From Moniliella sp. 'wahieum' (lineage: Eukaryota): 64,000 nt of DNA. The stretch covers positions 124,001-188,000 of the forward strand of contig RSEE01000051.1 in NCBI GenBank assembly GCA_003971905.1, in the 5' to 3' direction. The notes beneath the pieces were generated by a model, which had not been told where the DNA came from, did not search any database, and saw only the letters and a program-made list of their open reading frames with translations. A program made the position numbers and the translations under genes. Positions 1 to 13,061 of this stretch are shown here, piece by piece. The first letter of the stretch is position 1, and every line of letters begins with the position of its first letter.

Positions 1-1944
1 GCTTCTCCCCACCCAGTTGGGAGTAGCATCGCAAAACGGGGTGGAGCCTATCGTACGGATGGTCGAGCGCATGACACGCCAGGCGGGGAGAACGATGCGG
101 AACTGGGCGACTTCAGCCACGTCGCCATGCTCGACTTTACCAACGCCTTCAACACTGTGCGCCGTCGCACACTCGCCAAGGCGCTCCATGCCTACGCCCC
201 CCATCTCCTCACCTTGGGCCGATGGATCTATGGTTCCCCCACCCAGCTCTGGGTCGCGTCGGGCGGAAATGAGACCAACGTCCTGTCGGCAGAGGGCGTA
301 CGGCAGGGCGACCCCCTCGCCCCTTTTTCTTCTCCCATCGCAGTGCGGCCCACGCTGGAGAAACTGGAACAGGACCTGCCGCCGGGCACCTGGTGATGGC
401 ATACCTGGACGACATTACGATTTTCGGTCCAGGGCCAGGCATTACCGGCCTAGCCGCGGAGCTTTTGGAAGACGACGCGTCAGGCCTCAAGCTCAACCTG
501 CGTAAGTGTGTCGAGCGGGACCGGGACCAGATTCGGGAGGATGGTCTGCAGGTTCTGGGCACTTGTGTGGGAGGGTAGACTGTCGTCGATCGTGGCTCCG
601 GGCCCAACTGGCCAGTCTGAGGGAGAACATGCCTAAGTTTGATGGCATCACCCGCCAGGGACGCCTCTTACTATGGCGGCTCAGCACTCAGACCAAGCTG
701 CGCCACCTGCTCCGCACCATGCAGATGGAAGGAGAGCTAGACGACGTGCTGGCCGAGATTGATGCCTTCATCTGTACGGAGTTCAGACGGATCCGGGGCG
801 ACGAGGATCCCCAAGGTGCCAAGGACGACCACTTCGACATGCTCATGAGCCTGCCTCTTCGGCTGGGAGGATGTGGCAGCCCGCTTTACTCGTATATCGC
901 GCCCCACGCCCGTGCCGCGGCCAACGAGGTCAACGACTATCTTATTACCACTTATTTGACCGTTCGGGACCGCAAACGGCAAGGGCCAACGCATTTACGA
1001 AGCAACGCCAGCGCTGCCGCGAGATGTGGGAGCAAAGTCGACAGGAGCTGCTCCAGAAGCTGGACGCTGCCGATGGTCGCCATGTGGTCGAGCACAGCAA
1101 CCCGCTGAGCCACAACTGGCTCTCCGCCATTCCATCCGTCCCGTACCTCAAGCTCTCTGACCAGCAGGTCGGTTGGTCTCCAGCTCCGCACGCTGTGCCG
1201 CACCACGCGCAGCATGTGCAAGTGCGGCGTCATGTCCTCGCTGGAACACATCATGTCCTGCACCCGCACCCAGGCCAAGTTTGGTGCGTTGCATGAGGCA
1301 GTGCGGGAGCCCATTCTCCAGCTCCTCCGCTCCATCCCCGACACCCACGTCCACAACGAACCTATGGTGGAGGAAGAGGATGGGACGAGGCGCGGACGGA
1401 AGGCACAGCGCACACCGATTACCGCGGTGATGGGGCCCGGAGCACTGGGAGGAACCGGAATGGAGGTAGACCACACGCTGCGCGACACGGGATCGCAGGA
1501 GGCGCAGAGCGCGTACCGGCGGTGGTGCATGAGAGCACTGCGTCGCCTTTGGAACGCCGGGAGAAGGAACTGCTTCGGCTGCTTGAACAAGCAGAATGCG
1601 AGAACGCCAAGTACCAGGGACGCACTCAAGAACCGTTTTTCCCCCTGGTTTTGACGACGCGAGGATACTACGGCCAAGACGGCGGGCAAGTTGTTTGCGC
1701 ATTGGAAAGTTGGCTACTAAGTCTCAGTGGAAATGGTTCCTCGCTCGTATGTCAACCACGTTCCTCCGTGTCCACACGCGCTTCCTAGGGTACGGGACCG
1801 GATGGCGCGAGCCGGAGGGTCCTGATATCCTGGCGATCCCCTGGTCCCTTAATCTTGGTGGCGCTTCCAAGTAACCCCCGCAAGATGAACGGTTCGGTTT
1901 AGACGTAGCGTTCCCCCTGTCCCAGCCTTAAGCTCTGTCAATGA
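1..1944 (+). mobile_element. 3' part of a CRE-clade (Cnl1/MoTeR-like) non-LTR retrotransposon: RT, zinc knuckle, restriction-like endonuclease, 3' UTR; 5' end lies outside the window
   Basis: Frameshift-joined ORFs give RT motifs LDFTNAFNTV, GVRQGDPLAP, AYLDD, LKLNLRKC, VLG, then LSLPLRLGGCG, WLSAIP, CKCG..EHIMSC (CCHC-like) and RLE-type E..AKY / FFPLVLTTRG. The 3' end is defined by homology to 45429-45576. Confidence 0.9.
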
Positions 1945-3042
1945 TGCCACAACCAAGAGGTAGATAGCTCGTACGCCTGCATCTTATATGTGGGAAGATC
2001 TACTATGGAACTAACCGGCGCAAATGATTGTTGGTAGCGAGTGTGTGAGAGAAGCAGCAGCTATACAAAAGTGTGTTTGCGTCAACTTCTGGATCTATGC
2101 TGCTAACTCCATCATGGCTCTCTCTCAAGTAAATTGGTGACGACAGGTTTGCACAACCTGTGCCCGACGACGGACTACTTTTGTCTTAGGGCTTTCTCTC
2201 AGTGTGCCGATAAGGGGCCTCCTTTTTCAGCCGCTTGGAGGATTGGAGTGGACGTAGATATTGATTGTGGCCTGTGCCTACATTGGCTCATGGGACTAGG
2301 AGGAAAGCATCACGTCTGGCACCACGCCTCCGTATTCTGTGAGCGACGCGTGTTGGGCACCACAGCATATAAGAGGACTGCAATGGAGATTAGGGGACAC
2401 GTGCTGCTCCACTTATTCTGTCCCCGCCAAACGTTTTCGCTATGGAAGGCTGTCGATCCTATCAGGCACAGGCCGAGGGCAGGCGGGGAAGTGTGGGGCT
2501 GCAGAAGGAGCGGTGCGGGATTAGGCGGGTTAACCAGGGGCAGAGGGCGCTTGAAGCCATGACAAGCGCAAGACCAAGAAACGAAGAAGGAAATGCCGCC
2601 CAGGCAGGAATGAATTAATGAGGCGAGGTGAGCAATGGGACCTGATTAATGACTTGGCTGCGCAGGGCTGCGCTCTTTCTTCCTGTCAATGGCTTGCCGA
2701 GTGGTTGTGACTGGCGGAGTGCCAGGTGTAGGCATGTGATACACATGCTCCACACACTGCCGCTGTGCCGCACTTGGCCTGATCGACAGAAGGGCGTGCC
2801 GACTAGCTACTGTCAGCTGCCCGCAGCACTGCCCAGCCGCTCAGTCTCAGAAGGTCTGGGGTGGGAGGCATGGCCCGATGCACCGAACAGTGATAGGACT
2901 AGTGACCGGCGATCAGGGATCCTTCAACCATTATGGTATTCAGCACTCTCGCACTGCCACCGCAAATCCGTCCCTTTCCTGTCCCTTCACGCGCACCAGT
3001 CGGAAAGAAGCGGACCACCACCTTCCCTCCCTCTCCTTCGCC

Positions 3043-5845
3043 ATGCTCATCCGCCCCACTTGCCGTTCTCCTGGCGGCTGCCTCCTTCGTTCTGGCCACG
3101 CAACATGGCCACAACGGTCATGACGTCCCACCCACACGTTCTTTATCAGCACCGCGGTGTTTCCGCCAGTGTTTTCTTCCTCTGTCAGCAGGAAATCCCA
3201 TCGAAAGTCCCAATCCATCAGTTCCACGCGTAATACGCTCAGCCTATCCTCCCCGACGTCCTCGGTGTCCTCGAAACGCAAAAAGGAACATCAATCGTTT
3301 CCTCCGCTACAAAAGTGTCTTCCTCTACGTCGCAATCCCAGCGCAGCACACGCAATTCAAAGAACAAGTCTTCATCAAAGCCCATTCCTTCCGCTTCAAA
3401 GGGAAATTCAACTGCCACTCCCCCCAAGAAGTCATCGTCGACATCTTCATCCGCTTTATTGCCCCGCCCCACCAACCCATCCCAGGCCAAGGCCGCATGC
3501 GAGCAACTGCCTGCGATACTGTTACGGGGCAACGGCACCGTCGAGGTCGTTGACGCCTTTCCTATTGGTTTGAGGCTGGTTCCAACCCTTCGCTCCAGAG
3601 ACTGACAGCGATGTACCCTGCCGGGTGGGTGCCTCCCGGAACGGATGTATCAGGCATTCTCCTGGGGGTGGGACCGGATGTGGACCTGACCCAAGACAAG
3701 GGCTACGGACGTAACGGCCAAGACTACATGGTGGCCAATCAGGGCCCCTTGGTGGCCTGCCCGGGTTTTGTCGGTACGTTTGGTCCGCCGTCTCTGTACT
3801 ACACTCCTTTTTATTGACCTACTCTCTCTCTCGACCAGACTTGGGGCAACATCCGTACTTCCCCTTCCACCACGGTCTTGACTGAGGTCTGGATGCCCTT
3901 AGCCGATAGCTTTGCGTACACTGGAAAGCCCATCGGCTGGCAACCGCCCAGTCGGGCCTCGGTTTCAACCAACCAAAGCGACTACCCTACCCGGTCGACG
4001 CCGTATGAGATCGACGTCGTGCGTGCCCGCCCCTTCTTGAGGGGGTGGAAACACAGTATGGCAACGCAACGGTGTATGACCAATCCAATAGCGACACTCG
4101 CTTTGACTACCTTAAGTCGCCGGCAGGTGGAGATCTAACTTGGAGCCTCAATCCTTTCCCCAACCCCTTGATGGACAAGGGGGGGATGGTCGAAATGAAA
4201 GAGCTGGCAAACGGGCAAGCGGAGCGACGTCTCTCCTCACAAGCGGCCCCTGGTCCGCGCGTATTCGGAAACGGCGCCTCGGTGGCTTGGAATGGCCGAA
4301 TTCTCTTCCTTGCAAATGGAGGCCAACGAGGATGGGTCCCCTGGTCCGATATGAAGCAGTTCCTCAGTCGGGACCGGTTCGTCGTTGTCGGGACGAATAC
4401 CGGTCACTTTGCCCGTACAGGCAGTGCGTTGTGGATGAATGGACCACCTCAACACCGAGAACAAACGGCGCAAGACTGGGTTAGTCGCGCGTCCCATGTG
4501 AGCAACCTCTTGAGCCGATGGGTGGTCGACGAGTTTTACGGGAAACAGGCAGGTGTGCGCGGTGGAACGTCACCCCAAGAAGCCGCTAACCCCGCCCCCC
4601 GTGTGCGGTCTTACTTTGCTGGCTGTTCCGTGGGAGGACGCAATGCGCTGGCCTCGGCCCAAGTCTACCCCGGCGACTTTGATGGGATCTTTGCCGGCTC
4701 TCCGGCGGTTTACTTTAATCGGATGAACGCGGGCCAACTTCATCTCCAATCCGTTTTCCGCAAGTCTTCCGCGGGGAAAGGGTACCTCCCCTTGGCCCGG
4801 CACTGGGCTGCACTGCACGAGGTGGTACTTAAGCAGTGTGGGAACGACGATGGTATGGTGGTCAACCCGGTTAAGTGCGCCGCCACGCTTGATCTGGGTG
4901 CAGATCTGCTGTGTGCCAAGCATGGTGCGCCACCTGGGTCCCTCTTTGCGAATGACTCCTCGCAGTGCCTAACCCCCGCCAAAGTGACCAACTTGGCACG
5001 GATGTTCCAACCGGCCGTGTCACATCGACCCGAACGGGGCAAACCATACGGTTTACCCGGCCTACCTTCCTGGTGCTGAGCGGGCTCCAGCCACGGCCTC
5101 TGGGTCTGAAGTAAAGGCTAGCTCATGGTTCCAGTACGCCGTGTTCAACTTGGACGCCACCGATCCGTCTTGGGACCCCTACACCAACTTGACCTGGGAA
5201 CAGGTGCAGCAGGGCGAGACGCAGAACGTTGGTGGGACCAATGCAAATGTCGAGGTACGCACACACTCTCCATCTGTTCATCCTTCGATGTGACTTAATC
5301 GTAGAAACTGCTTTTTGTTGACACACATTGATGTGCCCTTTCAACGCAGGACGACCGCCTTCTTTCGGACCCCGCGCAAACTTATTCACCCCCGGCCTTG
5401 CCGACTTAACCATCTCTCCGCTCGCCTCGCGGGAGTACCATGACGCCGTTCTCGCCCCCCTCTACTCATCCTTCCGGTGACCCGAACCAGAGTTACCGCT
5501 ACTTCGAAGTGCCGGGCATGCTGCACTGCCGCGACGGCGATGGACCATGGCATTTCGGTTCGCCGACTCAAACGCTCCAGGCAATCGGCCTTTGAAATGG
5601 GACACGGAGCACGATGTACTTCTTCGTCTTGTGGCGTGGCGGAGCAGGGACAAACGCAAGAACCAGCGTACCAAGTCGCTGCTGGTATGCTACGTTAGGT
5701 GGTCAGACAGAGGGGAACGCGCCCTTGGTCGAGCAACTTTAATTGGGGCACGCGGTTAACGCGCAAATTATGCCCGTACCCTGAACCGATTTACCAGGGT
5801 GGACCAACGACGGTCCTCGGGCGCATGAGTTACATTTGCTCGTAA
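3043..5845 (+). CDS. Secreted tannase/feruloyl esterase family hydrolase with Ser/Lys/Thr-rich N-terminal region (introns and indels)
   Basis: Signal-like LAVLLAAASFVLA; GCSVGG nucleophile motif; AQVYPGDFDGIFAGSPA; GLADLTISP (catalytic Asp region); VPGMLHC; terminal LCPYP. Confidence 0.88.
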
Positions 5846-6214
5846 GACGCATGGGTGGGTGCAAGTTGGACACATTGTTACGGGGTTTGGGTTGTAAGAT
5901 GGTTTCTACACGATATATCATCAGTCGTCTTGCAATACTTTGTTCGGGGATAAAATGCATAATGCGTATAGTAGTAGTATAGTTCTCACAGTGTCCTAAC
6001 AATATGAGTAGCTGTGTTTCTCCTTTGCTCATTATGGTCCACGAGTAATGATACGTAGCACTGAGGGTTCAGGGAGCTGATGAATGGCAAGTACTGACGC
6101 GTGTGCAGCGGCGGTGGGGGTTAGGGGAATTTAAGGAGCAGAAGGTCGGCCCCATCACACATCACATTTCTTTCTAATGATCCTGATTACCCAGCGACGT
6201 CCTAAGTGCAGTTA

Positions 6215-6499
6215 TGTAATGGCAGAGAGAAGACAGGAGCTGGGTTGAACCCAGACTGAGGATCAGAAGAAGAAGGAGAAGAAGGAGAAGAAAGGAGAGC
6301 GGCACTAGGCCAGGGATAGAATACTGGTGTGGTGCCCGGATGAGTAAGATGGTCAGAAGTGCCGCGGAGGTGGCTGGCCCATAGGACCCTGGTCAACACC
6401 TTTCCCACGACCTCGACCGTGCAGTGTTCGTTCCAAAAAGTCCTACTAAGAGAGATGGTAGGTACAGTATATCGTAGGAGGGAAGAGACGGGGGTAACA
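6215..6499. mobile_element. Possible degenerate solo LTR
   Basis: 285-bp non-coding segment bounded by TGTAAT...GTAACA; flanking 5-mers (AGTTA / CCAGT) do not match, so there is no clean TSD. Confidence 0.3.
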
Positions 6500-7325
6500 C
6501 CAGTGTAGGTAGGTGAGCTAGCCATGCATATAAATGTGGTATGATCTCAGTGAGGCCCACTGAGTACTGACAATGGATACTCGATACGATGGATAGAGGG
6601 ATGGATGGATTGAGGGATCGGGGGATTGAGACACATCAAAGGGCGGGGGGATCCAGACCAATAGCCAAAAGCCAAAAGCAGAACGCAGAAAGCAGAAGCA
6701 GAAAGCAAGAGCGAACAAACCACGCTCAAAAAAACCAGTTGTTTGAGCACACATCTTGTCTCTGGCACCCATGCAGCAGCCACAAGCCACATATGCACCA
6801 TGCACATGCACATGCACACAAAAGGCATCCACCAGCCATCGTGGCCAGATGCACAATAGCAAATGCCCGACGGCATGGTTCCAGACCAGCGCTTGCCTTG
6901 ATCCTACCCCCCTTTTCACCCCGCATGACGCGTCCGTGACGGATCCGGAACCAGCAGCCGAACCCGACCCCAATCCCGCGTACTGGGAACCTGCCCAGCC
7001 AACCCAGCCAACAAAGCACTGCAAAACAAAACACAATCCTAGCGTCGGTCGCGGTCCGTGGCGAGGGCAGGGCCAAGAACATGACAACCAACACTGCATC
7101 CCCTCCGTCACAAGGGCACCGGGCACGTGGATACACCGTGGCAAGAGAAGGGCGGGAGGAAGCGGGGGGGGATTCGAGTGACGAAAAGCGAAAACAGGGG
7201 TACGCGCTCATGCACTCGTAGGAAGAGGGAACCAGGGTGGGTGAAGGGCAGGGTGGAAGGAAGGATGAGAGAGAGGGAGGATGGAGAGAGAGCGAAACAA
7301 GGAAAAAGAATGAGGGTGGGAGAGA

Positions 7326-8597
7326 TTAAAAGTCGGCATCGTCGTACGCCGGAACGGGCGGGTCGACGTAATCCTCAATGGGCACAGTGGGGTTAAACTG
7401 GGCATCCAGGTCGGCCGGACGGGCAGAAGCGTTGAATGCCGGTGCGGTGGCCAAGCTGCTGAGCCACTTGTCACGTCCTTGGCATTGAGCATCGCAATGC
7501 ACCGTCTCGGTAACTTGTCCCAGTTTTCCCCGTCGTTCGGGTCGGGTTGGGCAAGAGGGCGAGAAGGCATGGTGCCGACGCACGACGCGCGACGACGACG
7601 GCAAAGCTGGGTCCAGGGACCGCTTGGACAGCGACAGGTACCGATAAATTTGCCCAGCGAACGCAGGTTGCCCGATTGGTAAAACACTGCGTTCTGCGCC
7701 GACCCAAAGCTGTCGGGCGGCGTGGCCCACATGCCAAATGGGAATGCACGCTTAACGTACCCCGTCGATGCAAAGAACTCCGTCGCGGCAATCATGAAGG
7801 ATTTGGCTTGCGCGGCCGACGGGTTGGAGGAAGAGGTGACACCGTACTCGGTGATCCAGATGTTCTTGTCGGGGAAACGCGAGTGGATGCCTTCAACGTA
7901 CTTCTTCAACTTATCGATCGACTGCCAGCTGCCGTAGTCTGGTAGCCACAACCAAGCAGCAAGGGGAGGAGGGGTCAGTCATCGGAAAAAGTAGGGGGAG
8001 GAGGAAGAGAGAGAGAGAGAGAGAAAAGGACGTACAGTGGGCCGCAATAAAGTCATAGTATCCACCGCGGTTGTTGAGCGACTGGGTAAACTGCTCGAGC
8101 CAATCCACGTTCCAGCAAATCTGAGGGGAAGAAATGTGGGTGCCGTATTGGCGCAGCGGGGCCAACTCGCGCTGGAAGGCAGCAGCGGCATCTTGGGGCG
8201 AGTAGTTGGACTGGGATTCGACGTCAGGTTCGTTGTAGGCCAACAAGAACGGGTAGCGGTACTTGGGGAACAAGCCGCGCAGACGAGGCCAGTCCTGGTT
8301 CTTCTTGTACCCCCACCGGGTGGGCACGAATTGCAGCCCTGACTTGGACAGCTGGGGCACGTGGCCCATCTGTGGTCCGACGGAGAGGAGAGGAGCGAGG
8401 TTAGTAATCGGGGCGCGGGTGGATGGGGGGGGGAGGCGGGGACGTACCTCCCAGTGGTGGTAGCTGTTAACGAGGGGAGAGCCGATGAGCTGGTGGGCCC
8501 ATTGGTTGTCGGCAGCCCAGGCGAGGCCGAGGTGGAAGGCGCTGGCGGACTGGGCCAGGACAAGGAGGGTGGCGAGAGACAAGAGAGGGAGCTTCAT
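7326..8597 (-). CDS. Secreted GH128 (Glyco_hydro_cc) beta-1,3-glucanase-like protein, 2 introns (8370-8447, 7939-8035)
   Basis: Signal peptide MKLPLLSLATLLVLAQSASA; LLAYNEPD and IWITEYG catalytic motifs; GTACGT..CTAAC..CAG intron signals. Confidence 0.88.
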
Positions 8598-9661
8598 TGG
8601 AAAGACGGATGGGGGTGGGGGGGCTGAGAGACGGTGTTGGGTGGAGGGGGGGCGTCAACCAGGACGCAGAGGGCAGGTGGTGAGGAGAGGGGGAGGGAGG
8701 CAACTCGCAGAGCTGGGTGGTGGTGGAGGAGGAGGTGGTGGTGGTGGGGATGGGAGAGGGGAAGAGGAGTGAATGCGGATGGGGGGGTGCCGAGGGGCGC
8801 AGCCTGACTGCATCCTCACCTGAGGGCTACGCTTACGGGCCGGTTACTAACATGCATCACATGAGGCCCCCGCTGCCCTGCCGCCACAGGGGCGGGCAAG
8901 CATTAAGGATGGGTGATCGATGATCGGCGACGCGCAAGCGGCGATCAACATGCGCAGCACACACAGGCGCCGTGCCCTGTCCCGCCGCTTGCTGCCTCTT
9001 GCGTCGGTGTCTGCAAACCGCCCCAAAAGGAAGGAGGGGTGGGGGGGCAGTGTGCCATGCGCGGATCCACCGGCGTGCCAAGAGAGTGACGTACGTGCCC
9101 GGCCGCCGGCTCGGGCGGACTGCGTAGTGCTGACTCAGGCAGGCAGAGACATGCGGTGGGCCGACGGCTGCCTCCATCCCAGGGGGCATGGACACTGCGC
9201 GGGTGCTGGGAATGGTGACACTGCCCCGGAACGGTGCCGATGCGGGCTGGCGGGGGGGCAGTGGCTGCGCCTGCCAGGGCGCAAATCCAGCCAGGGTCGC
9301 TGGTGGTTTGGAGGGAGCGGCGCCGCGGCGCGCCGTGCCCGATGAGCCCAGCCTGCGTGCCTGCCAAGGCCGCCAGCGTGGAAGCTGCACGCGCGCTGCG
9401 GCAAGGCACGTCTACCGAATCAGGCAGGTCCCGCACTGCGCCCCCCAGGCTGCCGGGCATGCGCGGCATCACCCATCCCGATGGCTCAGCCACTGCATCC
9501 ACCCAGGCGCCAGGTCGCCTGATGCAGATGTGACAAGTCCTGCCGCCTACCACATCACCTGTGATATATGCCTGTCACATGGGTGCGGCCCAACGCTAGT
9601 CGGTGGGCGTGCCTTTGGTTGTGGGCACCGATGCATGCATTAGGGATGGCACAACGTCACA

Positions 9662-12600
9662 TCACGTGGCCTGGGCGTGCTGGGCTACAAGCGCTGCCTG
9701 GGTGCGGCTGGCGTCACGTGCCGCCTGCACCGACGCATCCCACTCCTCCCGGCTGACTCCGCGGCGCGACACGAGCTGCAGCGCCCCGGCCAGCGACGCG
9801 CCCAGCCACGCCACCATCGTACTCGGCACTGCCGGCGCCGACCGCCGTGCTCGGCGGCACTGGCGGCCACACCACACCCCGTCCACCCGCGTCCGGAGCG
9901 TCTCCCTCCTCTTGCCCTTGGTCGTGGTCGTGGTCATGGGTTTGGTCAGGGTCGTAGTCGCGGTCGGGGTCGGGCTTGCGGCCCGGTCGGGCGCCAGACG
10001 CCGCACGTCGATGAGCCGAGTGAGGCAGTCGCACGTCCCCGAACGCTTGGTGCGCGCCCCAATCGTTGAGCACAGCCACGTGGGGAAGGAGCGGCTTGAG
10101 GCCGCTGTAGACCAGTTCGACATAGCTTGGAGGCGGCGCCGAAGCGGGGACTGCGGCCGTTGGTGGTGGTGGCGGTGGCTTGCTGGACCGGGCGCGGGAG
10201 CCAGCCACGTTGAGCGAGAGCGAGAGCGGCCGCGTAGGAGGCCGAGGTAGATGGAGCAACGTCCACCGGATTTCCTGCGCTAACCGATGCGTCAGGTTGG
10301 GCAACATCGAGCCTCCCCCACCACCAACACTTGTTCCGAAAGTGGCACTCGCAAGTCAATCGGTAACGAGCGTAACACATCCAACACCAGCCACTGGATC
10401 GGTACATCTTCATCCTCGTACCACCCCCCGCGGCTAGTGCTACTGTCACTACCACTGGCCCCGGCACAGCTGTACGGCCCCCGCTCAAATAACACTTCCC
10501 CAGCCCGTTCACGTACCCACCCAGGAACCAGCAACTGACTCGACCCGGGCCAGTGACCTGTCGACCCCGTTGACCCCATCGACCCGGGCGGACCAAAGAG
10601 CGCTTTGAGCGCCCCCGCTCCCGCTCCCGCGCCACCACCCACACCATTACCAGTCGACGGCATCAGGGGCAGCGCCGCCAAGCCCGGCTCGGCACGTGCG
10701 GCGCGCAAGGGAATCCCCGCCACACTCCCGGCCCATACGTCGGCATAGGCGCCCATGCCCCCACGCGCGGCGGCACAGGTCCCTCCATACTCGCCGCAAC
10801 AGTAGCGGGCATGGTGCGCGCTGGGCCGCCCGTGGCCGATGGCGAACTGGTGGTAGGTGCACCAGGAGGTGGCGCGGCTTGCCGCGCACGCACCCACGTT
10901 TCCCACCCTTGTAACGACGCTAGCGGTACCACGGCCGCACTCGCTTTGACGGGAGTTTGGGTAGCGGTAACGTGGGTGCCTGTGGTGGTGCCGGTGGTGG
11001 TAGCTGTGACTCGCGGACCGTACCGGTGCGCCAAGAGACGGCACGCATAACTTTCCTCGTCTTCGTCGGGTAACGGTGCTAGTTCCTGCGTAGGGTCCGG
11101 CTCGGGAAAACGCGGGGGACGAGTGGTATCGAGAGGCGCAATAAGACAGATGCGCGAGACGAGTTGGTCCATCACTTGCTCGGTCAATAACGAAGCAGGT
11201 ACGTGGCTCACACGTGCGCCTGGCGCCGTCGTACCCCCCGTCGTACCCCCCGTCGCAGTCGTACCCGCAGTGGGAGTGGTACCACCAGTGGCAGTGGCAG
11301 TGGTAGTGGCATTGGGGGGGTGAGAGACGATACGTCCGTATCGCAAGAGGAGGTTTCGTAAACGGTCTTTGACGCGTTGACCTGCGCGCCTAGTGATCAG
11401 CGGTAGGGGTTGGGCAACGAACGTTTGAGGGTCCTGGGTCGCAGCGGGGGATAGTGCTACGCCCCGTCCCCAAGCCACGGGGATACCCGCGTTTCCTCCC
11501 CCCGCCTGAAACGTCGACCACCACCCCGCTCACCCTCCCCGTCGATAACAGCGCCATCAGCGGCGCAGGCACAAAGGATACGCTCGGCACGCGCAGCACG
11601 CCTTCCAGTACACGCACTAGCCCGGAACTTACACTCGATGGCGTGCTGGGCCAGTCCACTAGGACCACTGGACGTGTACGCGCATCGATCATTAGAATGC
11701 TGCGCAAGGCAAGCACCAGTCAATTGTAGGGCAGGGTAGGAGGCAGAAACAGAATCACAGTCAGAATCAGAGTCAGCGTCTCGACGGGTACAGCAACTAA
11801 AGTGCGCAAAACGAAGGGAGGGAGGGGTACCTAACCCCTCCCCCCCCCCCCCGCCTATTCCCCAACCTCCACTCCCACTCTCCAATCGAATATCAAAACG
11901 TACTCGGCATAGAGGTAGCGCAGCAACTCCTCCAAGCGCGCTTCGAGCGTATGCTGCGCTTCGGCACGGTGCCTGTCCGATGCTTGGCGCGCCAAATCGG
12001 CCGTCCACAACGGCGCTGGCTCCTGCTCTGTCCCGCTCCACGCGCCCTCCCACGTCGATCCACCCCCAGCCCCAGATCCATACGCACCCCCAGCCGCATG
12101 CCCTGTCCCATGCCCAAGGCCAAGCCCAGGGGCAGGACCAGGCACAGGTACACTCGGGGCATTCAACATGGTGGACGAAACGTAGGCCGGCGACGCGCCG
12201 GGGGCCGCGACTGCCGTTCGTACGGCCCAAGGCGGCACACTGGACGGAACAATAGCTCGTGGCCGTGCTTCACCACTGAACCCGACCACGGTCACCCGCG
12301 ATCCCAGGTCAATCACCACTTTCTCCTCGGTCCCATGCAGCGCAGCGAGGCGCCGCATGCTCATCCGCCCCGCGGGCGCGGACAAGCTCGTCGACCCAGC
12401 CGCGGACAAGGGCGCTGGTGCCAAGCCTGGTGCAGAGTGGGATGCAGAGGCAGAATGCGATGTGGGGCGGGATGCAGATGCAGATGCGGGATGGGACGCA
12501 GGGACAGATGGGGTAGCGGATGGCGACAAGGAAGTGGGTAGAGGTGTGGAGCGGGCAGCGAGGGGCGAGAGCGGACGTGCAGCACTAGTGCCGCTGGCGT

Positions 12601-12694
12601 GCCGGCGGGGGCGGGTGTGGCCGTGGGCGGCGGGGGGGTTGGGGTTGGAGTTTGGAGATACAGAGGGCGAGGCGGAAGGCGGGGGCGAGGCCAT
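9662..12694 (-). CDS. ARP10: Actin-related protein, Arp10/ACTR10 (dynactin)-like, with low-complexity insertions
   Basis: KVVIDLGSRVTVVGFSGEARPR; LRVPSVSFVPAPLMALLSTGRVSGVVVD; LRSLPIDLRVPLSEQVLVVG; C-terminal AWLGASLAG actin-fold motif; intron at about 11700-11903. Confidence 0.75.
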
Positions 12695-13061
12695 GGCGGG
12701 CGCTGTGCTCGGTACTCGGCACGCTGGCTCGGTGCTCGCGGCGGAGAGAAAGCCCGAGGAGGTGGGAAACGGCAGGCGGAAGGCAGCGCAGCCCCACGCG
12801 CGCATGCTATCAAACAAAGTGAAATGTGCAATGCCCTTTGAAAGCTGAAATCGGATGTGCCCGACGTCATCGACCATGGACCATTGCTCATCAATCTCAT
12901 CTCTCGCATCTAATCGTGTGTGCATCCAGACGGAGGCACGGGGAGGCTCGCCCGGGCGATGACGTCAGTCCCAGTTAGAGTACAGATGCCCTGCGCTCGT
13001 ATATATAAGTACAAAGTGGCCTCGTTCTCCTCGTCCTGTTCGATTGCTGCCGCACACGAGG

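Noticed and set aside
1800..1944. Ribozyme in the retroelement 3' UTR
   Set aside because: No CUGANGA/GAAA hammerhead core or HDV fold recognisable by eye.
6115..6128. GGGGTTAGGGG telomere-like unit
   Set aside because: Single unit, no array.
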